Source: the human T2T-CHM13v2.0 reference genome, Homo sapiens
Direction: 5' to 3' (one strand)
DNA length: 64,000 nucleotides
NCBI RefSeq assembly: GCF_009914755.1
Contig: NC_060926.1
In this document: positions 1-16,494 of the stretch, piece by piece
Numbering within the stretch: position 1 is the stretch's first letter
How the letters are laid out: the number at the start of each line of letters is the position of its first letter
Notes under the pieces: model-generated
The model's database searches: none
What the model was told of the DNA's origin: nothing
The model's input: only the letters and a program-made list of their open reading frames with translations
Made by a program: the position numbers and the translations under genes

Positions 1-699
1 ATGTCATTTCCAAGGCCTCTTCTAAGCTCTATCTTTGTGTTTAACAGGCCACTGATAGCTTACTGCCTGGCAGTAAGTCCTCAGCCCCCTTCAGAGCAAA
101 GGGGTCCAGGAGGCTCTTTCAGTGAAGTTGTTCTGGACAGTGTCCTGCACCTTGAATGAAATCAGCCTTGTAACCTGGCTCAGGCCAAAAGCATCCATAC
201 ACTGGACCAAGGGAAGCTAGTCACTAGTCAGGTGGCCCATAGCCACTCTATCCAAAGGGGACCCTCCTTATTGATGGTGACCAGACCTGAGATTCTCTCA
301 TGCCAGGAAGATGACTGAAGTTCTTACAGAGAACATGCTGGAGCAACCCAGGAAGACAGGGTAATCTGAACAAGGACTGCCATTGCTCTACTTCTTCAGG
401 GCACACCCATAGGCCAGTTCCGGGAGCACTGTGACCTAGCACTCAGTTTCTCATGTGGCCTTATGGTCAACACCCATCACCAGAGGAAGGTCAGGCCCAT
501 CTTGTCCTGGCAACCTAGTATCACCTGGAGGCGATGATTCCATTCTATTTTGCAAGGAGGTCATGATGTGTAGGAGGTAAGTCCTGGGTCTTAAATCAAC
601 TGAGATTGCAAATCGGGTGTTGAGCATTACTCCTTGTTTCTAACCCTACACATAGGATTAACTCCACGTGGGTCAATGGAGCAAAGATTTCTTCAAAAT

Positions 700-1165
700 C
701 AGGAGCCTGAGTAGTTTATTACTAATAAGGTGACCTTGAAAAAGATGCTTGACCTCTGTCTTAGTTTCCTCACCGCCTGATAGGGACAATGTTGTTCAAT
801 CTACCTACGTCCTAGGGCTGCTGTAGAAAGAAATCAAATGGAATCACGTACATGAACATACTCAGTCATACAATGGACTAAGTAAATAACTGTCCTTAAA
901 ACCCAGAGAGTGAGGGGCATGAGACAGGAGAGCATGGAACTAACAGCACTGGCTCTGGAATCAGACTTGATTGAGTTCAGATCATGGCTCTGCCAATTCC
1001 TACAAGAGTGACCTTGGACAAATTACTTAGCCTTTCTGGGCCTCAGTTTTCTCATCTGTAAAATAGCAATAATATAGCACTTACTTTATAGGGTTTCTTA
1101 ATTAAGTTAATGTATGTCAAGAGAAGTGCCTAGCACATAGTAAATGCTCCCAAATGTCCATTATT
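700..1165 (+). mobile_element. Two tandem MIR SINE remnants
   Basis: MIR core gtgaccttggacaaattactt...cctcagttttctcatctgtaaaat and tail gtgcctagcacatagtaaatgctc. Confidence 0.75.
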
Positions 1166-3638
1166 ATAAAGAATGCCACATACCTCTGGCCAGAAGCACA
1201 TTCTGTGGGCTCCCACAGCCCTCCTGTGCCCATAGAAGGGAAGCACTTGCTCTGGACCTTGGCATTCTTGAAGGGATGCGTGGTGGGTCTTCCTCCAGCA
1301 GAGATGGTTCCTGGCCTCCTATTCTGGCACAGTTGACTGTGAGACCACGTGCAACTTCCACCTTCCCAAGAGCTTCAGTTTCCTGCCCTAGAAAAGAAAG
1401 GCATTCGTAATGACCTGTCCCACAAATGGTCACTTGGATTGCCTCATTTGTGGTGTCCTGGACAAAACCCCTACTCCACGATTTCCTGGATGTACACCCT
1501 ACTGCAGAGGGGCGCATGAGCCCACGCATGCCACCAAATCAGCAAGAGAAGTCGAGTAAACAACCCTGGGCCTAAAGAGCTCCCTCGGGAAGGCATGGAG
1601 AATTATTTTTGCTTTAAATATCTCTAAAGAAGGTTTAGAAAAGGGACTCTCCAGCTTTTCCTTTGCCTTTACGTTTTCTGGTTAGGAACATTGAAATTTC
1701 CTATCTTGAGTCCAGGATGAAGTGGACATTTTTAAAGGGGGTTTTATTTCCAGAACACAGTCTGTTCTTCTCAGCAAAGCCCTTAATTGGAAACAGTTGT
1801 CACTGACCCCATTGGCATGCCCCAGGGTGGGGAGGGCATGCACCCAGCCTGCAGTGATTTTGCTCTGCCATTTCCAAGGAGGCAGCCTGAAGAACTGAGC
1901 CCCATATGCTGGGGGCCTCGCTGGGCTGACCAGTCTGCTTGGTAAAGGGCCGGGGCAGAGGGTGGTTTCAGCTGTGCACACTTGGTTTCTGCAGTGGTTC
2001 TAATTCAGGCTGTCCAGAGACGATCATCTGGATGACCCCTAGAAAGTTCCCCTCTGGAGCAGGAGAACAGGAGAGGAAGAGGGTGGCCATTGCACTTAGA
2101 GTGACTCTTCTGTGTTGGGTTAGCTGCTGGCTGGATTTCTGCACTTGGCTGCAGCCTCTTGTAGCTGATACATTCATACCCAGCCAGAATGACAGCCTTG
2201 GCTGCAGGTTTGGATTTCCTAACACCCAGATGTGAGCTGTGAGTGGCACACAGCAGTGACCAGTTCCTAATATTTGCTCAGATGACACAAAAGTCTTTGT
2301 CCTTGAAGCAGATCCCAAGCTAAACCTTGGACTCTGTCACCCCGGCTTCCACAGATGCTTGCTTCATAAGTCCTAAGGTAAGAAATAGCACAGCTCCATC
2401 CTCCAGCCTTACCACGAACGGATGCCAATGTGCAATCTCAGGAAGCTTCTGTGTTAGGAAGATGCTGCCGGAGCACTTGCAGTGAGTGACCCGGATCATG
2501 CAGGCCCTGTCAGATGACTTATGTCACTTTCCTCAAGGAGAAAATTACACTCTTTATACTTGGCTGAGGGGAGGAGGCATTGAGGTTTTCTTTGTGGAGG
2601 TAAAAAAAAAAAAAAAAAAAAAAAGTTTTGCAGATTTTGCCTTTTTTAACCTCAAAAATATTTTTAAATGTAAGATGTTTTCTGAGGTAGAGTCTACGTG
2701 AGGTGTGACACTGTAATTGTGAATCCCACCATCCAGCTAAGCTAAGGCCTATGGAGCATAATTCACTCTTTCCTTCAGCAAATATTTGAACAGTGTAAAA
2801 CTAAAACAGCCCATTCATTAAGCAATGTGCAAGGTTCTCCCGCTGAAATATCCTGGAGTCATAAGATTTGATCGCTGGGCTGCAGCAGTCAGTCTGATTA
2901 AGACCTTCAGAGACCATGAAGACAGGACCCATTAAGGAACCTCACCCCAAATTAAAGACAACACCAAATTGCATTTTTTTTAAGCATAAAGGAAGGAAAT
3001 CAAGGATCTGATTTTTCCTAAAATGAATGTTTCAGTAACAAATAATCTCCACCTCTCCCATCTTCCACCCCCACTTATTCCCATCCCTCCACCCTCTCTC
3101 CACCACAATGCTCATCCACCAGAGGAAAGTGGGGGTGGGGCAGGGGTTGCACTTGAGTGACAGATGTGAGGTTATGGCTAGAAAGTGAGAGCTTAACCCC
3201 AGGGGAGAGAGTGACTTCCTCTCACAGCAAAGTGGTCTAAAGTAGGCCAAGGCAGCTGGTTGGGCGAGGAATGAGAATTCTCAAGAGGAGATGAAATTGA
3301 TGCTGTAATCTCAGAGTGGGGAAGACGTAGCGGACTTTAACTCAGGAAGTTTCCATGAAAGAATTGAGAGCCTATGAGAGAGAAATACTGGAGTGAAATC
3401 AAAAGAGTTGACATGAAGGCCATGCAGAAAATTATCTTGATTCTTCCAGGAAACTAAGGACAAAAGCAATAATTCAGTTTCCGCAGAGAAATGTGTGTTC
3501 TTGGGGAAGAGTGGAGGAAATCACTCAAGGAGAAATATTGGCTTTTAAAGTCACTAGACTTAAAGACAGGGTTGGGGTCATGGAAGGGAACAGAAAACTA
3601 GAAAGGCTTGGAAATAACTTGGTGATATTTTTGGTTGA

Positions 3639-4034
<396 letters not shown>

Positions 4035-4337
4035 TAGATTCACCTTTCCTTAGCTGTGTACCAAGAGTTTGGATGCAGTAGGCACTGTGGGGAAGGGGCA
4101 CTGTAGGAGCCACAAAGCGGAAAGGGTGTGAATCCCAGGGTACCCTTTGGAAAAGCCGTTGGGAGAGGGTGACCTACCCTACCACACAAGGGACAATGTA
4201 AAGTATCTGCAGGCTTCTGCTTGTGACTGCCCTGAGGCCCGGTTTTCACATAGCAGCTTTTCTGTCTATTTGTTTTACGTATTTCTCTCTAAATAAGTTT
4301 CTTTAGCTGTTTAAAAAAAAAAAAAAAAAAAAAAAAA

Positions 4338-4510
4338 GACAGTTCTCAAAGCAAGGTTCCCTGGACCAACAACATCAGCATCACTGGGGATCTCAGAACC
4401 TGACCCAGTGGTCTGCCCAGCCCAGACCTACAGAAGCAGAATCTGTAGGGGTAGGGCCAGCAATCTGTATTTTAATAAGCCCTTCTTGCGATCTCGTTTG
4501 AGAACCACTT
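4338..4510. mobile_element. MER5A-type hAT DNA transposon
   Basis: Termini cagttctcaaa...tttgagaaccact, internal catcagcatcac/gaatctg. Confidence 0.7.
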
Positions 4511-5494
4511 GTTTAGCAAAACGGCAGGCCCATTGAGCTATCAGAGTCTTAAATATTTCACCCTTGTGCTATTTATGGGTCTATTTTTGGCTTTTGTATT
4601 TAAACTGCCTTTGCAGAAATGCACAAGGTTTCTGTGCCATAGAACTCAATGTTTCCGGGGTTATTATGCATATTACTGAATCCACAATTTTAACCTTGGG
4701 GGTGAGGAGGAGGTACAGCAGGGCCAGCATGTAATTTGATCAACTCAGTCTTCCTTCTTTTTCTAGGTTGAGGGGAGTGCAAAACAGTACACAGAGATGT
4801 GGGGAGGGGGGCTCCGGCTGCATTTGACTTCCCCTGAGCTGTGTGTCTGAGGCAACTGAGAAGTACCCTTAAGACCTACACCAGCTGGCTCTTGCCTTTG
4901 GAAACAAGTGCTCAGAGGCCGGCATGTGATCCGCCAGCAGCAGCTAGGTTGCTCACATGCTTTCCATCTCCTTTTCCTTTCCAAATTCAATTATCTTGCA
5001 TTTCTCAACCCTGAGTCTCCTCCCTAACCCCAGGAAAAATGGGATTTTAGAGCCCTGGAGACTCAGTTATGCAGTTATCCCTTAGCCTCCTCGCTCCTCC
5101 CAGCCAAACATTCCAACTAGCACTCTCCCTAACTGGATTCCAGACCTGCCAAGACATTCCAGGACAGAGGCGATTCCTTCCTGCTGGCTGCCTGGCTCAG
5201 GTTGTCGAGCCAGATATGTGAGGCCAAGCACAGGTATCTGTTAGAGAGGCCAAGAGATGCGTGATCCCTGCAGCCTCTGGTGCAGAGGAGCAGGCAACCG
5301 GGGCTTGTGCAAAGCTTGGAGACAGCGAGGAGCAGGAGAAGACTGCGTGTTATGTAAGGGAAGCATGTGGGTTGCGTGCTGCTATTCACCTGTTGCTAAT
5401 TAGTACACTGCCTGTCAGGACTCAGGCGAGGAAAACATCTTCCTCCGACGCACGCTCACCTCGCTGTCAGAGTGAAGACATAATGATCCAGTCT

Positions 5495-5660
5495 AGAAGG
5501 GTTCTGTCCAACAGAAAAATTTATTGAACCACGTGGTATGTTAGGTGCTGAAGATACGAGATGAATAAACCAGGGTCCCTGCTCACAAGGAATTTGTGAT
5601 CAAGAAGAGAGACGAAAACAAGTAAACAGTTGTGTACAATCCATGTGATAGAGAAAGCAA
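5495..5660 (-). mobile_element. L2 3' fragment
   Basis: atttattgaa...ggtgctgaagatac...gtccctgctcacaagga typical of the L2 3' end. Confidence 0.55.
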
Positions 5661-6075
5661 AACTACCTTTGGTGTACAAAAATCCTACACTGCTTTGAAA
5701 GTTGAGTCAGGCCAACTCAGAGGTCCCTTCTAGAAGTGCGTTCTAGGCAGGGAGAACAGTAAGTGCAAAAGTTGGGGAGTGGGCCTGGGGTTCTCAAATC
5801 CTGAAATGGCAAAATTAAGCTAAGGTTGCTATGCCAGGTACAGAGTCAGGAAGGCTGCTTCCTCTGGACGGGGCCAGCAACAAGACTCAAAATGTGAGTA
5901 GGAGAACCCAAGGAAAAAGTAGGTAGGAACAGGTCAAGACATGGACAGAGAAGGGTGGGGAGAAGTGGCGTGCAGGGAGATTGCTGGGATCATGAGCTAG
6001 CACTGAGGCTTGTCTTTGTGAGCCTCTGCAGAGGACGCTTGGGAGCAGGAGCCTAGCATAGAAGGCAGGGTCAGG

Positions 6076-6402
<327 letters not shown>

Positions 6403-7028
6403 TCACAAGAGAGGCAACTGGAGTCCAGAAACAGTTTAAATCCCCCCCTCAATGGCGTTCTGTATTCGGGAAGGCACTAGCAGGAATGAGAGGGATAGTC
6501 CAGGAGTGGAGAACCGAAATCTGCCCATTTGTACACAAGATAAAGTTTTGAAAAAACACCAGGGAGCAAAGAATATACAAGGGTTGAAAAGTTTACAAAG
6601 CAAAAAACAATCCCGCAGAGGCATGTTTTGCTCTATTTCCCGACCTACAAAGAGATCTTCCCTCAAATGTCAGGCTCTGGCCCCAGCTCTCTTTTCCTCT
6701 CAATGTCACTCTCATGGCCCCACCACCTGGGCTGTGACTTCAATGACCATGAACACCCTCAGCCTCCAGACCAGCCCCTGTCCCAACAGACAAGTGCTTA
6801 CTGGACACCTTCACCTTGAACTCCCATGGACACTGCAACCCCAACATGTCCAAAAGTGAATATGCCATCACCAGCCCTCCCCGCCATCCCCTCGCCATTG
6901 GGCCCTAGCTCAGGGAATGGTACCTCAATTCACCTTAATGCCTGACCCAGAAATCCAAGGAGGCCTTTCTCTCATCTCCTCCTTCTAATCAAATTATTTC
7001 CTAAACCACTCTGGAGCCTATTCACCTC

Positions 7029-8245
7029 GTATAGTTTGCTATTGCTGCTGTAACAAACTGCCACAAACTTAGTGCATTAAAACAACACAAGTTTATTATC
7101 TTATAGTTCTGAAGGTCAAAACTCCTACAATCAAGATGTCAGCAGGGCTGTGGTCCTTCTGGAGGCTTTAGAAAAGGATCTGCTTCCTTGCCTTCCCTAG
7201 CTTCCAGAGGCCACCTGCATTCCTTGGCTTGTGGCCCCTTCCTCCAGCTTCAAAGAAAACAGCAGAGCATTGTTGGGGCCCAGAAAATAATATCCCAAAA
7301 TGAAGGTCTCAGAAGCAGCCTCAGAAGCAAAAGTCACAAGATTTGTAACCTCTTCAATTGCTCCTATAGATAACATAACTATTGTAAAACCTAAAATTGG
7401 TGTTTGAGGGTATCTTTCAGACCTTTCATTTTGATGAACCAGCTGGTGCCATCCAGACCAGTTAACCCATTACCAAGAAACTGTCTCAATTGGTCTTGTG
7501 ACCCCCTACCCAGGAACTGACTCAGCACAAGAAGACAGCTTCAACCCTCTGTGATTTCCTTCCCAACCCAACCAATCAGCATACCCATTCCGTAGCTCTG
7601 CCTCTACCAAACTACCCTTAAAAAACCCTAGCCTCTGAGTTCTCAGGGAGGTGGACTTGAGAATTATCTTCCGTCCTTCTGCTTGACTGGCCCTGTGATT
7701 AGTGAACTCTTTCTTTGCTGCAACACCTGCTGTTCTCAGTGAACTGGCTTTTCTGGGCAGCAGGCAAGAAGAACCCATGAGGAAATTACATTAGCATTAG
7801 ATCATAATCTTTTTGTCCAATCATATTTCTACATGGCTGTCCATACTTTTCTGAACCTAAGCATAAACATGGACAATTTCCCCTGTATCTTTGGGTCTTC
7901 ATTCTGAAGGCTCTTGTGTTATACATAGAGCCTTAAATAAATAAGCCTTAAATATGTTTATATGCCTTTTCTCCAAGTAATCTGCCATTTGTGAGTTGAT
8001 TTTTCAGCAAACCTTCAGAGAGTGAAGGGGAATTTTCCCGTGGCCCCTACAGTTTCAACAAAGTTCTCTCTTCTTCCATCTTTTAAGGATTCTTGTGATT
8101 ACCTTGGGCCCACCCAGATAATCAAGGATAACCTCCCCATCTCAAGATCCTTAACTTAATCCAAGTCTTATAAAGTAACATTTTCACATGTTCTGGGGAT
8201 TAGGAAATGAACGCCTTTAGGGGGGCCATTATTCTACCTACCACA
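7029..8245 (-). mobile_element. MLT1 (MaLR) solo LTR in two pieces (7029-7270, ~8052-8245)
   Basis: attgctgctgtaacaaa...aaaacaacac; gggcccacccagataatc...ggggccattattctacctaccaca. Confidence 0.85.
7271..8050 (+). mobile_element. MER34-like ERV1 LTR containing the 3' part of an LTR8/LTR26-like LTR (~7335-7790)
   Basis: Starts TGTTGGGGCCCAGAAAA...gaaggtctcagaagcagcctcagaagcaaaagt, ends cccctaCA; inner piece attgctcctatagataac...gaagaacccatgaggaaattaCA. Confidence 0.7.
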
Positions 8246-10386
8246 CACCACTTCCTACCCCAATACCACTGCCACCATCTCCTTCATTTGGAGTCACCAA
8301 CACACTCCTAAATGCATAGAAGAATCACAAAGTATTTAATGAGGGGGAAAACAAAAGAGAGAGAAGGAGAAAATAAAGAGAAGGGGAGAGAGAAGAAGAA
8401 AGCCTCTTCCCATAGACTCCCTGAAGCAAAGGATGCCTTTCATTCCCAATCTCTTACCTAGTTTCCTTGACTCCAGTATTTCCCCCTCCAAATCATTCTT
8501 GGCCTTGCTCTTTCCTTTTGCCCTTGCTATTTGCTCTGTCTATAATTTCAATCTCTATTTCCTAACAGTCACCCCCACTCTGCCTCAACCCCTACACAGA
8601 GCACCTGGCTAAGTCCTGTTCCTTCAGGTCTCAGTTGAGATGTCATTTCCCCAGGAAGCTTTCCCCAGCTCTCAGGTTTAGGTCTCCTGGGGTCTCCAGT
8701 AGGTGCCATTGTACCTTGCTCTTACCTGTCCTAGCCCTTATCTCATCCAAAAGTCATCATCCATTCTCTTGTCTATCTTCTGCTCTGAGCTTTCAACACT
8801 GAGAACAAGGTATGAATCTTTTTCCATGTTTCCCCCCAAGTACATTGTACGGTTCAATAAATATTTTCTGAATAAGATTTAAAAAATAAAATAACACTTC
8901 GTTTCATTCAACCTCTTTGGAAGCCAGATCTGATCTAGTTGCTTGTGTTCAATGCCAGCCCCAGGTCTTGCTCTTTATTGATGCTTATTACCTGTTGCTG
9001 GCTTGATGGGAGGGTGTGGTGACAGTCAATAGATGCATTCCAGGGGGAAAGGAGGGGGCAGTAAACAGTTCAGGGCTTCTCAGTTGGTCCCAGATCAGGA
9101 AGACAACTGAGGACAAGGCCCTGGCAGAGAGGCCTGGAAGATTTTCCAAAACTGGGATCCAGAAGAGAGGTTTCCCCTCTCAGGTCACATAGGCAAGGCT
9201 GGACTCTGCTGTCTGTAATTTCATCACTGGCCAGAGCAGGATTTCTGAGATGTAATAAGAATTCCAGGACAGCACACATGAGGCAGCAGGTGGCTGGCAG
9301 CCTTATGCTAGATGAAGCCTGGGTGGCGAGGCAGTTCCCCAGCAGGGACACACACTAGGGGGGCCCACATTCCTTCCTGCTCCACCCGCCGTAACCCACC
9401 TCCCCTTCCCCCTTCTCATCTGTATTTCTGAATGCCAGGCCCACTCAGGCCAGACATTTAAGACAGCACCACCAAACTTCTAGCACCTTCAACAGTTGTC
9501 AAGACTGATGAGAAAAAAAAGAAAGAAAGAAAGAAAAGAAAAGAAATTGTTAGCAAACGACTCTTCCCCATCTGTTTTGATAGATGAAGGATTGACAAGA
9601 TCATAGTTTGTCTCCTTCAGGAGTTAGTGTGGCCAATACAAATCATATCAAAAGTACTTGTTAATTTAGTTTCTGTAGACTAGAAGATAAACAAGTATCT
9701 CTTTCTCTCTCTTCCTCTCTTTTTACTTTAAAAAAAAATTTAAAAAATATTATAGGACTTTCACAGCCAAAGTCAACTTTTCACTTCCTTTTCAAAAATT
9801 TCCTGGAAATTTTTGTTTTGGTTTCTTTTCACAGTTATGTGATATTTACTTATTTGTTTTTCTCTTAGTGAATATTTAGGTTGTTCTGGGTTATTTCTTC
9901 TTTCACATAATTCTATAATATATTCTTCTGCATATCTTATGTACACATGGGAGAATCTCTTAAGTGGAATTGATGGTTAAGTACTTCCACATCTTTACTA
10001 GATAAGTAATTACTAAATTACTATCCAAAATGGTTGCATCAATTTATACTTCCGCCCACAGCGTACATGTTGCTCTGTATCTTCTCAAATACTTTGGCAA
10101 ATGGTTGTTTTTTACCAATCTTAGAGATATAAAATGGTACCTTGCTTTGCTTTAATGTACATTTCCCCAGCTACTACTGAGATTGGCATCTTTTCATGTA
10201 TTTATTGGCCTTTTAGATTTCATCTTCTGTGAATTGTCTGTTCATATCTTTTGCCTAATTTCTTATTGAGCCATTTATCTTTTTCTAATCAATATACAGT
10301 TTGGATTGTATATAAATTTGTCTATATGATTTGAATCCTATAGAATGCATATGATTCCAAATCATATACTTTCTGAATAATAGTCC

Positions 10387-10517
10387 TTTTTTTGTTTTGT
10401 AGAGATGAGGTGTTGCTATTTGGCCCAGGCTGGTCTCAAACTCCTGGCCTTAAGCAATCCTCCCACCTCAGCCTCCCAAAGCTCTAGGATTACGGCGTGA
10501 GCCACCATGCCCAGCTT
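10387..10517 (-). mobile_element. FLAM/Alu left monomer
   Basis: Single Alu arm with TSD-like aatagtcctttt/actagtctttt. Confidence 0.85.
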
Positions 10518-10539
10518 GGATACTAGTCTTTTGTTCTTT

Positions 10540-11020
10540 ATAGGCTATATTAATTCAAGTCTTCCAAGAAGCAGAAATCAAAACAAAATTGGAAGTGCAA
10601 GACAATAATGGGGGGTAATACCTGCGCAGGATAATGGGGAAAAGAGCAGGCATGGTTGGGGAGAGTTTTCAGACCCCAGTGCAGGTCTTTATGCCTGTGA
10701 AAGGGAAGAAGAGGAAAGAGAATTGGGTGGGAAAAGCCTCCATCTGCAGGGCAGCTCTGAGAAAGTCAGCCAGGCTAATGGGGAGCCTCAGAAGAAAGTT
10801 TGCCTTTTAAAGAAGTCCCACATTGAGCAGGAATGACTCAACTCTGGTACTCCCTCCGTACTCAGACATTGGCTAGGATCGGTCAGAGCTAGCAGAGCCT
10901 CTGCTAGAACACAGTGGTGGATCCTGAAGATGAGGCAACTCCAGGCTGTCAGCCAATCACACCTCATAAGTGTGTCTCTGTTGAAAGGAGCCGAACAGCA
11001 CACTCCCCTGACTGCCACAT
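10540..11020 (-). mobile_element. LTR40-like ERVL solo LTR
   Basis: ttcagaccccagtgcaggtct...ctgtgaaaggga...gctctgagaaagtcagccaggctaatggggag; ends gccaca. Confidence 0.65.
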
Positions 11021-11099
11021 TGCAAATATCTTTTCCCAGTTTGTGTTTGTCTGTTTTTTATTTTACTTTATGGCATATTTTGAGGAAAAGAAGCTTTAC

Positions 11100-11894
<795 letters not shown>

Positions 11895-12362
11895 TGATCT
11901 TGGAAGTTTTTCTGTATTTTCTCCTAGAAGTCTGAAAGTTTTACTTAAAATTTTTTTCACCTAAAATTTCATATTGTTGGGTTCGTTTTCAATATGGGCT
12001 ATCAAATTCCCAGTACCACTAATTGAATAATTTATTCTTTCTCTACTCATCTGCATGTCACCTCTGTCATATATCAAGTCTTCATAAGTACAGAGATCTG
12101 TTTTGCGAGTCTCTATTCTGTTCTATTGGTCTGTTTGTCTCTTTCTTGGCTAAAGCCACACAGTCTTAATTTAACAGGTCTTATAGTCTTATAGGGTGAG
12201 TCGCTCATCTTGTGTTTTTCAAAATTTCTTAACTATTTTTGGTCCTTTTTCAGAACAATGTTAGAATCATCCTGTCTAGACCCATAAAAAAAATCCTATG
12301 TGAATTTGGTTGGAGTCACAAAGAATTTATAATTTGGGAAGAATTGAAATTTATGACACCAA

Positions 12363-12667
<305 letters not shown>

Positions 12668-12704
12668 TTATGACACTGTATCTTCATATCATAAATACAT
12701 CTTA

Positions 12705-13045
<341 letters not shown>

Positions 13046-14179
13046 AAAGAATACCTAAACAAGTAAAGTTTTATAATTTTCTTCATAAAGATCATGTATA
13101 TATTTCTGGTACCTTATAGCTTTTGTTTCTTTTATAGGTGTTAGCTTTAAATTTTTTTATTTTCTAACTGTGGTTGGTACCTTAAAATGCAAGTTAATTT
13201 TTGTATAATGACCTTCTATCTAGTAACTTTGATGTGTTCTCCTAAATTTTATAAGGCTCTCTTTTACACATCTCTGGAAAGTTTAGATACTTCTGTACCG
13301 GAGCAAAAGTCATCAGCAAGCACTTACCCTTGGTGACAAAAGCAGTCCGAGCAAAGGACTAACTCGCAACCTCCCTTGCCTAAACGACTGCAGCTTGTTC
13401 CTAAATCTTACTATCCTATTGACACATGCAACAGCAACGCCCCCTTCTGGAGACCTGCCAACAAGACAGAAGTCTCCAGAGAGAAAGCCCTCGTGCTTGT
13501 TTAGATCAAAGATCCAGACCAAGTGGCCTCGCTTGAGGTCAGCCTTGCTGTTACAAAACAGAATGATCCCCAGGCAAAGGGCTCAGAGCCAGCTGGGTTA
13601 GATGAGGGGCTGCCTGGGTGACCTGATTAGAGGATGCTGTTTCTTGATTGGCCACATCCACTCTGTCCTTCCACTCCTACTTGAAAAGGCCTTGGGGACA
13701 TCAGAAAGCAGGCCAGAAGGAGGAAGCAGCACTGCATGGAGAAAGAGTTAGCGTGAAGCCTGCCCCTTGCCCACTGAACACCCCTGCTCAGCCCGCAAGC
13801 TGTTTCCCAGCTAGGCTTCCACCCAAAACATCCATCTGGCTTGATTGCTGGGGGCAGCCGGCAGCTTCAAGAGACCTGTGAGGCCAGGAAGATGCATTCC
13901 ATAGCTGTTGGCTTTGAGGTCATCCTATGTGATGCTAGAGAAAGAGAGACAGAGAGAGGAGGATGAAGAGCTGGTGCCCATTTGTTGGGCACTGGCATCT
14001 CACTGGACCCCAGCTGTCTCCATGCAATGGCCCAGAAGCAAGGTGACTTTTCCAGAGATCCCATTTCCCCTTAGAGAAAGGCCATTTCTCCATGGCCTAC
14101 TTGGGTGTATAGGATAATGGCCTGATGTGAAGGGCTAGGTTTTATTTCCATATCTATCAAAGCTGAAAGCCAATGGGGC

Positions 14180-14700
14180 AGAGTAAAAAGTAAATGAACC
14201 TGAAGTCAGACAGATCTGAGTTCAAATCCCTAGGTGAATTCAGGCAGGGTGTAATCAACTCTTCTGAACTTTGATTTCATCCTCTGTCTAAGGGGGAAGA
14301 AAATACCTTCCTTGTAGGGTTGTTGAGATGATTAAATTGAATTAAATCATGTACATCGCAGCAGAGTGGCTGCCTGATAAAGCTGTTTTTAATCCTTAGA
14401 AGGATAATCGCTGAGTCACCTCTCTAATGGATGTGGGATACTTGCCAATCTCAACCTTTTCCCAGTGAACTAAGAAATGTGAGTTCTCCTGAAATGAGAG
14501 GCAGCCACTAAGTCCTGTGTTGTGTGCTGAGGATGGAGTTTATGTATATATGGTAACTCATTCTATTCTTACGAGAACCCTGTGAGGTGGATAGTATGGA
14601 TATTATAGCCATGCTGCAAATGAAGAGACTGAGGTTCAGAAAAGCACCATGACGTCTTGAAGTCATGAGCAGGATATAGAGAGCAGAGATAAGAAGCTGT
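14180..14700. mobile_element. Two MIR remnants in opposite orientation (~14180-14380, ~14540-14700)
   Basis: gagttcaaatcc...gggttgttgagatgattaaa; aaccctgtgaggt...atgaagagactgaggttcaga. Confidence 0.55.
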
Positions 14701-14794
14701 GTGTGTCCTTTCCAGAAGCCTTTGCTGTGCTGCCCAGGTCATTACCCTTCTCCTGTCTTGACAATCTAGTCCTAGACCTCAGGTAGTCCCACAG

Positions 14795-14978
14795 GTTTTT
14801 TGTTTTGTTTTATTCTGTTTTTAGAGACAGAGTCTCACTCTGTCGTCCAGGCTGGAGTACAGTGACACAGTCATGTCTCACTATGTTGCCCAGGCTGGTC
14901 TCTAACTCCTGGCCTCAGACACTCCTCCTGCCTCAGCCTTCCAAAGCACAGATATTACAGGCATTACTGTGCCCTGCC
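14795..14978 (-). mobile_element. Internally deleted AluJ
   Basis: Right-arm start joined directly to left arm; TSD cccacag. Confidence 0.8.
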
Positions 14979-15369
14979 TTAACCCCACAGTTTTTAACTT
15001 AGCTCTGGGGCAGTCCTGATCTCTCTTTTTCAGAGGATAAATTATTTCAATTGCCAGGAGCAACAGTTCATTGACCTACATGACCCTTCCGGGCTCTAGT
15101 GTTAACAAGAATTGACTGAAAAGCTATGGTTTTTTTTCTATTCTCGCTTTTCCTAGGAACTGCCATTTTGTGTAATGTCCATGAGCTGGAAAGTACAATC
15201 AGATAACATTGAAGAGGCAAGAAAGGCTCATGGGAAGAAAAAAAGGGCAAAAGAAGCATTTTTATAGGAATCAGCAAATCAATATTTAAACAAAAAATGA
15301 TTTCTCTTATTATATATTGTCTTTACTAGAATGATCTGTGCAGCTACTGGTCCCTTCATTCATTTCTAA

Positions 15370-15737
<368 letters not shown>

Positions 15738-16494
15738 CTGTGTTTAATCTTCTACTACACCTGGCCTGGTCTCTAGCATGTACACAAGTGACTCAAGTGG
15801 CCCATAGAAGGAAGGAATCGGTGGCCCATCCTCCAGAAATGCCTTCAACTCTGGCTTTTAGTTATGTCTGACATTCTTGCCATGAGAGTTTCCGTCTCTT
15901 GGAGGCTGTTCCTTTCCACCAAGTTAACCAGATCCCACACACTGTCCCCAGAGCAGAGCAGGACACCATGGGAAGAGGCCTTGGAAGAAGAAAGTCGAGG
16001 GAAAAGCTGACACATGGGACATGGTCAGTCCTATGAGGGACCCAAATGAGAATATGTGCTAGGACATGGAGCATGGTTCCAGCCTCCATAGGAAGGAAGA
16101 AAAATCAGGGTCCCCGAGAAGGCAGACATTGCTCACGCCATCATTCTGGCAGGACTAGTTTGGTTCCATGATGCAATCTGGGCTGCAAGGCTGAGCAACT
16201 CCAAGTGGTTCCTGTGTGAATTGAGATGATGGCCTTGGTCTCATTCCTCTGGTCTCCAACAAAATTGGGATGGACTACTACAGACCTCTGGGGAGCCCAG
16301 AATGCTCTTCAGAGCAGGAGATGCCCAGAGCCTCATTCCACCAAGGCAGGTCAAGAGGCTACTGATGTATTATTTCCTATTTGTTTCACTTACTGTTTTG
16401 ATCATTGACTTATTTAGTCATTCATTCATTAACATACTTATCCCTGTTTTGTTACAAAATGGATTTAAGGTGAAACTAATTTATCCAGAAGATG

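Larger units (their letters stand above)
6640..8880 (+). mobile_element. Degenerate L2 (pieces ~6640-7025 and ~8250-8880) split by an LTR cluster
   Basis: L2-like pyrimidine-rich motifs (ccttcaggtctcagttgagatgtcatttccccaggaagc; ttcaataaatattttctgaat). Confidence 0.5.

Noticed and set aside
540-2385. Isolated strong splice donors (GAG|GTAAGT ~578, AAG|GTAAGA ~2378) and other lone splice-like sites across the window
   Set aside because: No coherent exon chain or reading frame can be supported without transcript data.
2602-2623. Isolated A-tracts (also ~4313-4336, 53161-53184, ~63867-63881)
   Set aside because: No TSD or associated retro-body; ordinary mononucleotide runs.
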